A stretch of 62,072 nt of DNA, the filler included, from Collodictyon triciliatum (Eukaryota): the NCBI GenBank assembly GCA_043381765.1. It is 4 parts of 4 records of this genome, joined end to end, with 100 filler letters (N's around TTAATTAATTAA, not from the genome) between each part and the next. Parts side by side here need not be neighbours in the genome. Positions count along the whole stretch, not along the records: positions 28,704 to 45,410 come from JBHJMP010001005.1; positions 45,511 to 62,072 come from JBHJMP010001011.1; 2 more parts are not named here. The stretch is one strand, 5' to 3'. The position numbers and the translations under genes are program-made. Below the pieces are notes generated by a model, which saw nothing but the letters and a program-made list of their open reading frames with translations, was not told the DNA's origin and searched no databases. Position 1 is the first letter of the stretch; the number at the start of each line of letters is the position of its first letter. This document shows positions 40,543 to 53,453 of this stretch, piece after piece.

Positions 40543-41564
40543 TGGACTGGTTGGAAGTTCTAACTTTAAGGGGGGCGGAAAGATCTACGGAATCAGCAAA
40601 GTGTGTCAGCTGTTTACGCATCATTGTTAGAGCGGAGAATAAAGGACGAGGAAAGGATTTGGTCGCCTTCTGTTGTGGAGGTCAACTCTAACAGCCTGAA
40701 AGCTAGTATGCACTTGTTGCTCAGCGTGTTGCGGCTCGAGGGTTGGGACAAAGACACTTTGGTGTGATCCGTCTGCCTTTCTGATCCACGCGAAATCAAG
40801 ACATATACCGCGCCAAGGTGACGTGGTTATGATGATCACTGATTTGGGGAATACTTTCAATGAAATGCGACTGATAGTGAACAGCTGCTGAACCTAAGCC
40901 TCATTATATGCTATTGTGAATATTAATGATGCTATAGTGGTATGAAAAGAACTTTTGTCCGTCTTTTGAGCTCTTAGATATCAGTAGTGTATATATTCCG
41001 TATATGGTAACTAATGAACATGCCATTTTAAGAGTTTGAATACTTGAAGATTCAAAGAATGAAAGCTAATCCGGAAAAGCGATTTGCGAAACCCGCAGCA
41101 ATTTTTTTGGCAATCTTCCACGGTGGTGTCGATACCATCGATAAGGAAGAGACCAGGCGAGAGATCCATTGGAAGAGTGCCCCTGGAAAGACATGACTGT
41201 AAAGCGCATGCCCAGTGATAAGTCGTAGTGCGACATCGGCCGAAAGCAACTGTTGGGGGTTTCACCACCTTTGCGCTCTTGAGCCCGTATCACCTGCCAG
41301 AGGCGCAGATCGCTAACTCGGCGAAGGAATGAGGAGACAGAAGCCACCTCCACACCTCTATGCGTCAACGGGATATTACTCTGTCACATATATTACCTGA
41401 CATATAATACCTTTGAGAGAGATCGTTGTCCTCGCCGCTTTGGAAAAAGCTTGGTGGAAAACTGCGACCTCAAAGCCCGCAGCTTTTGGAAGTGCCGTAC
41501 TTGTTTGTCTTTTATTTCCCGATCTTGCTGGGGCCTCAATTTCTAATACTCCACAGAAAAGACC

Positions 41565-43580
41565 ATGGCAAAGCGTTCGCTTATCTTCTTGGGCATCCTT
41601 CTCGTCCTAGGACTTTTTGCTGTCTCCAAAGGTTTGCTCATCATATGCTTCACACGCACACCTTGAAGCCGCCAAGATCAACATGAGTCTTTCAGACCCG
41701 GGAAATGTATTGACGCAGTCACTTCAAAACTCACTCTACAGTTGCTGCCTCTGAGGAAGTCGTTCTATCCCCAGAAGACGATGAGGTCATCGCCGATCCT
41801 TTTGCCGTAAGTAACAAGAGCCTCATGACTATGTTGTTTAGCCATCCATACTCTGCAGTGATTGGGAAGCTTGACCAAACTTTATAATTTGTGTACATCT
41901 CTTACGCTGGATGTTTTATTTGAATTTTTTCTTCGACTTCAACTTTTATATTTTATCATTCATGGTGATATGTGACATAGAACGATGCCTCGGAAGTTGC
42001 GGATGCTGAATTCGTTGAGGACGTTGAGGCTCCCTCTCAAGATATCACCCATGTGTATCACATTCTGAACCATTCTGACAAACGTAATATGCTCAAGAGC
42101 AATTTTTTTTATTCTTCCTTTCAGTTTTGTGCAGGATGGTGAAGATGTTGGCATGCTCAAGAACAATAGTGTACATTTTTGTCTATTTTAAAATCGACAT
42201 TATTCCCATTCCTTCGTCTTATCTCCGTATTATTCGGTGTGTCCTTCTGTTACAGGATTCCCTGCTGGTGAAACAATGGACTTCCTCATCGGAATCAACA
42301 ATCCTGGTGAGCCGATCATCATTAGTGGCGTTCAAGGATTCTTGGCATCACCTGATTTTGCTCAAAGCTATGTGAATGTGAGTACTGCACCGTGAAGCCC
42401 AAGCATGACGAGGAAAAACTTGATGTTCTCTCATGTCAATATCTTGCCAACTTTTCATTCAATTAGCTCCTGAACATATACCAACGATACACCTTTGTGT
42501 TTTTAGTTCACGGCCTTCCAATACCAGACTGAGGTTCAAGCCCAAACTGAGGCCTCCATCTTTTACAGGTTCAACTTCGCAAAAACTCATCAATAGATAC
42601 AATGAAATCAAAATCTTGCTCCAAGAAGGCCGCACTTTGCTGAAAAAGCTTACAAACAGACTAAAACTTTTCAACCGATGAGTTGAAATGGAATCAAAGC
42701 CCATTGAAGCTATATGTTTCCGTGACTAATGCTCGACATCCACAAATCAGAATGAGAACCGTCCCAGACATGGAAACTCGCAGCTTTGGCCTGATCATCG
42801 TCGTCGCATTCACCACTGCTGTCAGTTTTATCTCTTACCTCTCATGACAGTCTGAGGTTGAATTTGTTTCTCTGGCCCACTCATTCGCACTTATTCACAC
42901 ACCGAATCAATGCTTTTGTTTTTCGTAAATACAGAGTGTCCCAGATACACCTTATCAGCTGATTGTTTTCAAGGACGTCATCGAGATAACTGACCCCATC
43001 ACTACTTTTGACGCTCAAACGTAAGTATACTCCTTTGAAAGCACGTTTCTAAAACGGATATTGCTGAAGAGACAGAACACTGGTCTCGTCGGGCAATGGC
43101 ATTAATTACCCTCATCGACATCCCAGTGGCCTCACTTACCTTGCTCTTCTCGGTATTGCTGGCGCCATCGGGTTCTTTGTCTACACGTCATCTGCCCCAT
43201 CCAAGGTGCCTTTACTCTCCCTTAGCCTCCTAGATGAGCCATCCCTAATCCCCAAATAGCGCGCATTAAACTTCTGGAGCTTAATATTTGACATACGAAT
43301 TGAAACCCACAGAAATCCCGCCCATTGAAGCCTGAAGTGGAGCGTGGAACCGAAAACAAGGAGCTTGACATGGACTGGCTTGTTGGCACCAACGCACTCC
43401 CGTATGTACCACTGCACAATATTTCTTTTGTTTTGCATTCAGCATTGCCTCTATCGCTTCATCCATCAACCTATAATGCAGATGTACCAACATCATGGTT
43501 TCTCGAGCCAGTGTACACTTTTCTATCATTTAACTCGTCTGGTATATAGGGCTACCAAGAGAGCCAAGTCCAAGAAGTAA
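41565..43580 (+). CDS. SSR1: Translocon-associated protein subunit alpha (TRAP-alpha), ~10 exons
   Basis: Signal peptide MAKRSLIFLGILLVLGLFAVSK and an acidic N-terminus. Then FPAGETMDFLIGINNPG..GFLASPDFAQSYVN|FTAFQYQTEVQAQTEASIFYR, ..IEITDP..FDAQT|TM (GLTYLALLGIAGAIGFFVY), and tail VERGT..LDMDWL..KRAKSKK*. Confidence 0.88.
42089..42167 (-). mobile_element. Micro retro-insertion family B, 49-nt copy with 15-bp TSD, in an SSR1 intron
   Basis: ATGCTCAAGAGCAAT (42089-42103) and ATGCTCAAGAACAAT (42153-42167) flank a sequence whose minus strand reads GCCAACATCTTCACCATCCTGCACAAAACTGAAAGGAAGAATAAAAAAA. Confidence 0.72.
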
Positions 43581-44081
43581 AAGACAGACATGGTCAGCAT
43601 TAGAAACTCGCTTTTTCTTGTTCGTATTTGCTCAGCCAAGATTCATCTGACAAACTCGCAGTTTTATAACTTTTCCCTTATCTCAAACCTACATTCAGAT
43701 ACTTGCGTAATATCGACAGGGGCACCAGCAAATCGCCCAGCCATGACTTTCTCTTGTCCTCCCCTCATGTCCTTTCTCCTTCTCTCTTTTTTTTTTCCAC
43801 CGGAATTCAATCCTCGGAGGATTTTGTTTTGATCATAAAGCGCTTTCCACACCTGAGTCCGAGTGCGCAGGCTTTAAGTCCACACCTCCCCGGGTGTTTT
43901 CATTCGAGACACAACGAAAGCGCGACAAAGGCCCATTCTTTTCCCTTCTGTTTCTCTCCTTGGTTTATTCCAATGCTTTCTTCCCTCATCGTCGGGTGCT
44001 CTGGGAAAAGCTGTGTGAAATCAGGGCGGCAGACACAAAGACGACCTCCGCTCAAGACCCTCATCACCACCATCATCATCA

Positions 44082-45403
44082 TTACGAACGGCCCTGTGTG
44101 AAAATGATCCGCGGGTCAATCAAGGCCAGGGGCGGATGCGTAAAGTACAGATACACAGGAAGAAGGCACACACAAGAGGCAGAAAGGGGAGGGTTGAGGA
44201 AAAGCGCGTGGGCGTGCCTGCCGATAGTCTCTGACGGTCAACTCCCGGATGCGCGTCCAGAGCTGCGCGGCGCCCTTGTCGGCAAAGGACTGCGGGAGGC
44301 CCTCGCCGTCGGCATGGAGGAATGCTTTGAAGGTCTGCCAAGCGCCACGGAAACGCGTGGGAGGGTGTCGGAATGGAAACGTGTTTAGCGTCAAAGTTTA
44401 AGTTGTCAGCGCACAGCCTATTTATTCTCTCTCACTGCCTTACTGTTTATTTATAAACACACACACATATATATACTTTTAGCCAACCCCATTTGTTACG
44501 TATATTCCTTACAATTTGCACTTACGTTTAGGGCTCCTTGCAATAGAAGAACGCGTTCGTCGATATCGATGTCTCTCTTCCACATTTTTGAAATCAGGTC
44601 CGAGTATTCCTTTATGGTGACAGCAACGGTGTGATTAGAAATAGCAAAGGAGCGAATTCTGGAGAAAATGGCGCGATGAAAAGCCAACCGACAATCGCAT
44701 ATGTGCACATGATTCTCATATCACACATTTCGTTTTCTGTTTGGTGAGATGGACATGGAAAATATTCTAGAGTGATGCAAGACCTCGACTGTACTGGTCC
44801 ATAGAATGCGCAGGGCTTTTGAAAATAAATCCTCGACCAAAAGCGATTGCAGTTGCGGGAGACCGTCCGCAAAGTCATCCATGAAGGGCTGCAGCATTAC
44901 CGAGACACGGTCGTGGTCTCCATCTTCTGCTGTCTCTGCTTTTCCACGCGAATCCTTTGTCCCTGATTTGTCCTTCTTCCACTTACATTGGCTTTGACCG
45001 GATTTCGATGTCGGTGTGGTGTCATTCTGGAAGATTGCATCGAGTACAGTTGTCACCTGCCCGCGTATGCTGCTCGAAAACTAGATTGAAGATACAATAG
45101 AATTATTTGCAAAACGCTACCAGATGCAGTCTAATATAATAGAACCCATTTACCATTCACAACCATTAAAACATCAACACAAACCACATCCAAAAGTGTC
45201 ATTTTTAAAGTACCTTCGTATACTGAGAATAAATTTCATCAGAGTATAAAAAAGTATCGTTAGTTTATTTTACCCTGCCCAGAACCATTGCTTGGAGTGC
45301 TTCCTGTACTTTTGTTCGAATGGAACGGAAAATTAAAACAAGTTGCTCGTTCGTGTCAATCAAATTAGGGTCAAGGGTGCCCAAAAGCTCATCAAACTTT
45401 GAC
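44082..45403 (-). CDS. 3' end of a Munc13-homology (MUN/MHD2) domain protein; 5' part cut by the linker at 45411
   Basis: ..MLQPFMDDFADGLPQLQSLLVEDLFSKALRILWTSTVE|EYSDLI..RVLLLQGALN|TFKAFLHADGEGLPQSF. The L-x-P-L-M-D..L..LW and F-(F/L)-H-A-x-G-x-G-L-P patterns are characteristic of MHD2. The stop is at 44116, or at 44082 if a GC-AG intron is used. Confidence 0.72.
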
Positions 45404-45410
45404 CTGCACG

Positions 45411-45510
45411 NNNNNNNNNNNNNNNNNNNNNNNNNNNNNNNNNNNNNNNNNNNNTTAATTAATTAANNNNNNNNNNNNNNNNNNNNNNNNNNNNNNNNNN
45501 NNNNNNNNNN
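45411..45510. other. Artificial 100-nt scaffold linker N44-TTAATTAATTAA-N44
   Basis: Same construct as 18494-18593; it separates two apparently unrelated gene fragments. Confidence 0.92.
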
Positions 45511-45819
45511 CTGTAGACATACTTCAAAAAGCGACCCTAAAAATATATACAATCATTTTTGTTGTCCCAAATACATATTACACGATAATATGAATAATAA
45601 CAAACCCCGCTTCCGTAGCCAGCAGCCAAGTCCATCTATTGAAAATATATTCGAATCATTAACAGGGATTTATGGCAGGACATATCATGAAGAAAATCAT
45701 GTATATTGCATGCACACTTACAAATGAGATATACCAAAAAAAAAAAGAAAGTATCGCCTTGAGTTGAAAACATGGAAAAAAATCAACAGTATCGATCGAT
45801 TATATAAAATGGTTATTTA

Positions 45820-48800
45820 TTAAAGCACCTGATTAAAAGGACTTGACTTCGAGCGAGCGTGGTTGGTAAAATTGGACGGCGTAATAGGGCGTGAATTTGT
45901 TTCCCTTTCAGAATTGCTCATTTCATCACCGCTTGACATAATCATCGTATTGACCCTAGAAAGTTGTGGGCTTCCACCAGTCGAGTCTGTGAGCTTTGAA
46001 AAAATTGACGAGGATGAAGTATTCAGTTCCCCGTGAATGCGTGGAAACATCGGCAGAAATCCAAAGCTGTTTGGTGTTGACGAAGCCAATCTCGATGATT
46101 GCAACCCGAATTTCGATGAGTTTCCGTGCTCCAAATTCATTCGCAGACGGTTCTGAGAGCTCATGACAGAGTTATCATCAGACTCTGTATCTGTGTTGGC
46201 ACCAGATGGGAGAACAGATCGCCTGCGACTGCCTCGAAAACTCGAACGAAATGCCTGAAGATTGTCGTGACCCTCTGTATAGTTTTTTATATTAAAGCAG
46301 ATTCGTATCAATATCTTTGTAGGTAAAAAAATACCCTTATTTCCATCGCCAACTCTATTTAGGAAGCTCTGTATAATTGATGTAAAAAAGGAATCGATAT
46401 ATGCGACTTTAGTCTTACATATCAAATTTTGGCGCAAAAAAGAAAGAAAAATATTTGGAGTACAAGAAAAGCATATGAATTAATATATATACAGTGATTC
46501 ATTTTGAATATATATCTGGTGATCAAATATAGTAAAAATAAAATTAACATCCATAAGGTTGTCTTCGTGTGGATGATTTTCTCCATCAAAAATCTTTGCA
46601 GAGTCTTCGTTGAGATCTTTTGTGGGCAAATTTTCTCCTCTGGCGCTTAGTTTCTTGAAGCGGTTAGACAAAATTGCCATAGATAGTTTTGGAGTGGCTT
46701 GAAGAGAACTGTTTGGGTCAATTACGAGTTTAGGGACATTTACGACAGGCTGCTCTGTGATGATTTCGCATTGAACTATAAGGTTGATTAATTTTTTTTT
46801 ATTAATAATTTATTAACCCCCCAAAAAAGGATTATTGACATAAAGAATAAATATTATATTATGCAATCAAGTATGCAAAAAAATAGAAGCATTAATACAA
46901 ACCTTCTTCATCTTTCTCAAAATCACTCAACAGACGCTTCGCGATGATTGGGTCATGCTGAGATGATTTGCTACTGATGACAGGATTAATCTGAACCCCA
47001 CGATTGAATGTTGCTCTCAATCCGGTCTTACTCGGAGTTAAATCTCGCTCCCCTCTTAAAATAGACGTAGTTTCTTCCCGGTCCTGAGTATAAACATTAA
47101 AAAAAATTTAAAAAAGAATGAACAAAAGAAAAAACACGTTCCATAAAATAGATTTAGACTTAGACATAACAGATGCCATAAAATATCACCCAATATTATT
47201 GAATTCTTTTCGCTTAGGAATGGTTCAAATGAATAATTAGGTTATATTTGCGTTAACAAGGTTTTCCTCTCCAACCAATCATCACTTTAATAATAAAAAA
47301 TTGTACACTTACCAAAAAGTACCGAAGGCCAGCTCCAAAAAAGTCAGGGTCGCTATGACTCCTTTGCAACCACCGAAACCCACCTCTGACAAGCTATACA
47401 CAGATAAGCGGTTGATATTTCTTATAAATTACTTCAACATTCAACACTTTTCTCGCCAATTTTTTAAATACCATTTTCCCGTACACGAAAGGGCCTTTTC
47501 GAGCACCTCGCATATTAGGCGCCGTTTCAAGTTCGATAGGGTCAGTTTGAGCCTATATTAGGTATTTTATTGACATACGTAGAGTTTAAATTTTTATCTT
47601 TTGCATAGGTGACTTTGAGTCAAATTATCAAAACATTATTTTTTGGACAAAAGCTCTAATTCTTGCTTAAGGTTGATGCAAAAGCAATTAACCTCGGCAT
47701 CTCTGGGCCATTCGGATAGTAGACTCATCTGTAGATTTTTTTGTGTCATTATTACTTACCACAAATGAAATCTCCTAAAAATATGGATGTAGTCTTTTTA
47801 GAATTTTTTTTTTTAAAAAAAGAACAGAACCTCATACATCAACCGCTTGAAATTTGCATTTGGTAGGTCAGCCAGTATATCCATAGGGGTAACGTTTTGT
47901 TCCGCGTCAGTTTTGTTTGTGACAATGTCAACTTGACATGATTGATTTCTTGGCGGATGGAGGAGGCCATTCTATATTGATATGTAAGTTCTCAAAATCA
48001 TCGGTCATTTCTATTATTTTTTAAGCATGCCAATGCTCGAAAAAAAAACCTTTGATGCTAATGTATAGCGTTTCCATTTTTCCACGCACATTTCCATCAG
48101 TTTTCTTTGTCGCTGCCTGTTTTTTTAGATAGGAAATTATTCAATGTATTTTATTCGATTTATCATACAGGTATTATTATGATTCGAAATAAACCTTTTA
48201 TGAATTTTCGCAACTTTGGATCCTTCGGAAAACATCTCTTCGGAGGAAGCAATTTTCTCTAATTTTTGACGCTATTTGATGAAGGTTTAATAAAGCCTGA
48301 TTTTGATGCGGATGCACGTAGGTATTTTTTTTTATTGACACCGTAGTCTTAAATAATATACCTCAAGCTCGGCCTCCATTTTCTATATTGATTAGAATTT
48401 TTTAGTAGATATGATGAATTAATCATTATTCCTGTATTTTAATACACAATTAAAAAAAAGAAGGATATTATTGGATATAGAAAACCTTTCTATTTTCTTC
48501 TTCGATTTTTTTCGTTTCAGCGAAAGATTCCATCAACTCATCAATCTCTTTCCTAGTATGCAGTCATTTATCATCGATAGAATATAGTTTAAAATTCTTA
48601 AATTAATAAATTAATAATAAGAATAATCATGATAATTATAAATAATTTCGGAAATATATGGGTCAAACCTTCTTTGCTGGATTTCTGCGGCATCGTGTCT
48701 AAAAATAAAAATAAAAATTATGCTAAATAATTCAATACTTTGCAAGAATTTATTTTACCATCGTTTGAAATACAAATACAAATCAATTTATTCACCTGCT

Positions 48801-51800
48801 GAGCTCTGCATGGTGGTTCGATTCCTCTACTGCAATTTTTTCAATTTGTTCTGTTTCATATATTTCATATTAGCGAATGATTATAATTCATTATGATTCT
48901 CTTCAATTAAGGTAAGATTTTGGAGTATGAAACCATAAAAAAATACAAACATTGCATAGGGTGGCATTTATGATAAAATCATTTACCCTTCAAACGTTTG
49001 ACATATTCAAGCTCCCGCTCCATATCTCCTTTTTCCCTGCTTAGCTTTTCGATTGTGGCATCTTGGAATTTAATTTGTTCGACGACATCCTTCACAGTTT
49101 AAGTGAGTGCGAGGCACGATTGTATCATCAAATTCGAAAATAGGGATAAAAAAGTAATACAAAAACTTTACTTGAAGCTTTCTTTCTACTTCTTCCACTG
49201 CCTGTTCAGTCTCCGTTTCATACCTTGGTATCAATAGAGCAATTTTAAGGAGTATATACGAACGAAAAATATAAAGTAAAGATAAAATTGCCATTATTGA
49301 CGTAAATCATTTTTCTTTAATGTGTTTGTATTTACTTTCTTTTTTCTGAAAATATCATTTCCTTGTGCTCCTTGACTAAATAATGAAAATTTTGTCAAAA
49401 ATTCGGATAGTACACCATTGATCAAAGTTGTGCCCTTAACGGATTTAACTGACGACACATACTTAGCTCCTTTTCCTTCCTTTCAAGGGATTCTATTTGT
49501 CCTTTCATATTGACCTGCTTCTTCAAATAATCCATCTCCTTTTTCCTAAGAAGACCTTCAGTCGCATGTATAGATATATCTTTGTCTTCCACTTTCCGTA
49601 TTAAATTTTCAATCTGTGACTCCATACTACCACAATAAAAAAATATGAGCTACAAAATTAAAATATGCATAAAGACAAATGAATTGAGACCTGAAAGAAA
49701 GTGTCGTTTATCTGAACTGAAAAATAAAACTTACGATTGCTTAAGCTTCTCCGAGTCAGATAAATCATTTCGTACTAATAAACGTTTTATTATTGATATT
49801 TTATTCATTTAAGAACAGAAACCCTAACCGAGAAAATATAAAACAAGGTGTATGTACAGAATAATTCGAAGAACAAACATTTTTCAATTCTAGTCTCAAG
49901 TTCCTTGTTCACGTTTAGCACCCTATTGGATAAAGATTTGTACAGCCCCCATGTCTTTTTCAAGATGTCGCCACGTTCTTGGCATTGAATTGATACCTAA
50001 ATGATTATTATACAATTAGGTTCAATACGGTTTATAAAAAAATAATTCTAAACTGTCGTCATTGCACATGTTTTCGCTAACCTGTCTCACTATTTCATTC
50101 ATAGTTCGGCTAAGCAAGTCATCCATATCATGGGGTATTTCTACAACCAAAAATAACAAAATGTAAATAATAATATCAGCTAAAATTAAGAAATAATTTC
50201 GTTCCGAATAAACTGCTTTTTTTTTTAAAAAAAAAAAAGACACCACCAGATACATTTTTATTTGTGTGAAATCAACCATATCCAGATGAGTTCTTGGGAA
50301 GGAGTCTCAGTTTCTTTTCAAACCACGCTTGAAGATGCACCGCATCAGCTCTTCCTGTAGGGCGTCTTGAAGGAAATGTTCGAACATATTTTTGGCCATC
50401 CTCTAGTATCATCATATATCCAATTGCCGATGAACAAACAGTGAGGTGGACGAACAGGATTCATCTTTTTCAACGATCCACATTGAATATCAAATATTAA
50501 TAAAAAATACCTCCAATAATTGCATCCAAATCCTCAAGGTTAATCAGAGGATCTGCAATCGAATATATATGGTCCTCTTGTGGTATGGGCGTCTGAAAAG
50601 TTTCGTCTGATTTCAAAATTCGGTCATCGACGAGATACGAAATATCCTATTGAAACACATCAACACAATTTAGGCCCCTAGTATATATGCAAAAGAGACC
50701 CATTTATCGGCAAAATTCAAGATAATTGAAATTACAATCCCATTAATTTTCTCATGGGTGAATATGTAAGCAACATCATCTTACTCTTAATGATGGTTTT
50801 GTTTGATTTCCAGTAGGCATAACGCCATTTACAACAGACGACAAGGCCCCTTTTGAGTTTGAAGGGGTCAAGCCTAATTGAATATAAAGGGTGTGATTCT
50901 TCTTCGTTTTTTTCCTTTATTCGATTCAAAGAGTGATTCTTCTTCGTTATTGTTGAATTTTATAGATTGCAGAGAAACCATGCCATACTCAGATAAGAAA
51001 AATATTGAATTTGCAAACCTTTTTTTGAGTTATTTCGGGCACTTACAGTGGACTGAAAATCGTGTATACTTAGTCGATTACCAGACATATTAACACTTTC
51101 GTCGAAAAGTAATGAAGCCTCTGATTTTTTTGTGGTGGTTATCAGACATTAGTTGATTTTTCTATTATTCCTTTTAAAACCTTTGTTTCTTTTCTTTTAG
51201 TTTTAGTATTCGTCATAAAATGAATAGTGAGTTTGAGATTCGCTCAAATGGAAGATATATCGCACTTAATCTCCTTGAATCAACATCAGTTGGGGTAATC
51301 GGTCTGGAGGCTATGTTCCTTTCTGATTTTTGAGGGGATATTAAAACTTTATTTTAAAAAACACACACACCACAATAACTCGCGAATCAAGCAATTTAGT
51401 TTTATTTATGAATTTTATCAACAGACAATCTAGTGGTATTTACCAGACACAGGGCTGCAATAAACATCGGCACTTTGATTTGCCTCAGCTAAAATATCAT
51501 GCACTAAGTAAATCGGTCTTTCTTGAAGATAAAAAAGTTGAGACATTACGAATGATTATGATTACGTAGGGTGGTTAAAGACCAGTACAAGTAAAGATTG
51601 GTGCCATGGCATTCAATGATACTTCAAAGTCAAATGATAGGGATTCTTGAGCTGTTGGTTGAAATCATGTTAATTTCTTTTAAAAAAATCTTTATTTCAC
51701 TGCATTATCTCATCTCAATAGGAATACAGAATGATATATTTTACTGTCTGAATAATTGATTGAAGTGTTTCCAATATTTTTGCCCCCTCTAATCCTGGTA

Positions 51801-52629
51801 GATGTAGCTGGTGCAGTGGGCGGTCTGAGGGCAGGAAGAGACCGAGCCGACCTTTTATATACACAAAGGTAAGATCGATACGTTGTTATGAAGCTTGAAT
51901 TGAAAGAAAGTATTGGAGAACCAAATTCATGTCATTATATTGTGGATATCTTTCTTTCATTTAACTCGATTAATAATTTAATCAACCAGGCAGTGTGCAA
52001 TACGACTTATGAAACATAGTTTATGTGTCGATGAAAATACGACAATCCTGGTATTTCACTTTAATGGAACAGATACAACCCTCGTTATAAAATGTAGGAA
52101 ATTGACCCTTTATTGCTACCTTCGATCAGAGCCGGTTGTAGGCCGGGAACCTTGGGCTGTGGTAGAGCTCATCGAAACTTTACTTTGCCTCTAAAAAAAG
52201 AAAAAGAAAAAGAAAAAGAAAAAGAAAAAGAAAAAGAAAAAGAAAAAGAAAAAGAAAAAGAAAAAGAAAAAGAAAAAGAAAAAGAAAAAGNNNNNNNNNN
52301 NNNNNNNNNNNNNNNNNNNNNNNNNNNNNNNNNNNNNNNNNNNNNNNNNNNNNNNNNNNNNNNNNNNNNNNNNNNNNNNNNNNNNNNNNNNNNNNNNNNN
52401 NNNNNNNNNNNNNNNNNNNNNNNNNNNNNNNNNNNNNNNNNNNNNNNNNNNNNNNNNNNNNNNNNNNNNNNNNNNNNNNNNNNNNNNNNNNNNNNNNNNN
52501 NNNNNNNNNNNNNNNNNNNNNNNNNNNNNNNNNNNNNNNNNNNNNNNNNNNNNNNNNNNNNNNNNNNNNNNNNNNNNNNNNNNNNNNNNNNNNNNNNNNN
52601 NNNNNNNNNNNNNNNNNNNNNNNNNNAAA

Positions 52630-52717
<88 letters not shown>

Positions 52718-52920
52718 GTAAAATGAAAAAAAAAACAATGCGATACACCACGATCTGATTCGGTTGCAAGCCACAGCGACAACCTAACTCCACAACATTA
52801 TACCACGTGGACTCTATTTGGAGTTAGACTGACGGTGCCACCTCAACGTCCCAGATATATATATATAAAAAAAATAATGAATTGACCTCCAGGAGTTTGA
52901 GATCGGTGGAGCTGCCATAA
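45820..52920 (-). CDS. Axonemal dynein light chain (p28/DNALI1-type) domain protein with long coiled coil, AXDND1-like; ends approximate
   Basis: Exons at 49880-50395 read FPSRRPTGRADAVHLQAWFEKKL..|IPHDMDDLLSRTMNEIVRQ|VSIQCQERGDILKKTW, the p28 P-x-x-R-x-D..ELIRQV-x-I-x-C-x-ERG-x-LL pattern. Many coiled-coil exons and an S-rich tail follow. The N-terminal exons and the true stop are unresolved. Confidence 0.75.
50893..50948 (-). mobile_element. Micro retro-insertion family A: 24-nt insert (50909-50932) with 16-bp TSD
   Basis: GTGATTCTTCTTCGTT at 50893-50908 and 50933-50948 flanks TTTTTCCTTTATTCGATTCAAAGA; the core is identical to 6776-6798. Confidence 0.8.
52195..52715. repeat. (GAAAAA)n and (TAAA)n microsatellites flanking an N-gap
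   Basis: Perfect repeats at 52195-52290 and ~52628-52715. Confidence 0.9.
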
Positions 52921-53004
52921 ACCTGTTCCTGCCCAACGCTTTCACATTCCGTTGAAATGGAGGCGGATGGGAGGAGGTAAGAGCACAGTGCAAAAACATG
53001 TGGC

Positions 53005-53022
53005 CGCTCCCAGGTGGGCTCT

Positions 53023-53058
<36 letters not shown>

Positions 53059-53077
53059 CCGGTTGCGCCATGGAAGC
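53005..53077 (-). tRNA. tRNA-Asn: tRNA-Asn(GTT) with atypical T-loop
   Basis: The minus strand reads GCTTCCATGGCGCAACCGGTAGCGCGTTCGGCTGTTAACCGAAAGGTTGGTGGTTAGAGCCCACCTGGGAGCG. Acceptor GCTTCCA/TGGGAGC, D stem GCGC/GCGC, anticodon stem TTCGG/CCGAA with loop CTGTTAA, T stem GGTGG/CCACC. A TTTTT terminator lies ~8 nt downstream. Confidence 0.93.
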
Positions 53078-53453
53078 TCCATATGCTGCGGGGGTAATAT
53101 ACATAATATAAACATATATTTTTCTTTATGATTGCTTATTGCATAGTCACTTATTTTCCTTTGTGATTGCTTCTTATTTCCAATGTGTAATACAGAATAC
53201 ATAATGACTCCTTTTCCATTGTGATGCCTTCTTTTCCCTCATGATTTTTTTAATATTTAATTTCTTTGCTTTTATGATATCACAACAATACGAAATAATT
53301 TGCAATATAAAAATTTCCTCATCTTTCGCACCGTCGTCAAGTATTATTCTTATTATTTCAATTTACCAAATAAATATTTTTCAACTTCTGATATGATTTT
53401 TTTCTTAATTTTATATATTTATTTTCTGTGTATATCTCAACAGTCGTGTAATT

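Noticed and set aside
40820-41400. C/D-box-like words (ATGATGA..CTGA) and an Sm-like AATTTTTTTGG between CNOT3 and SSR1
   Set aside because: I could not find a convincing terminal stem, guide sequence or snRNA match. More simply a divergent promoter/UTR region; an Infernal/Rfam scan would settle it.
44082-52920. Apparent single giant minus-strand gene fusing a p28 dynein-light-chain domain to a MUN domain
   Set aside because: The two parts are separated by an artificial linker (45411-45510) and most of the MUN domain is missing, so a fusion is unsupported.
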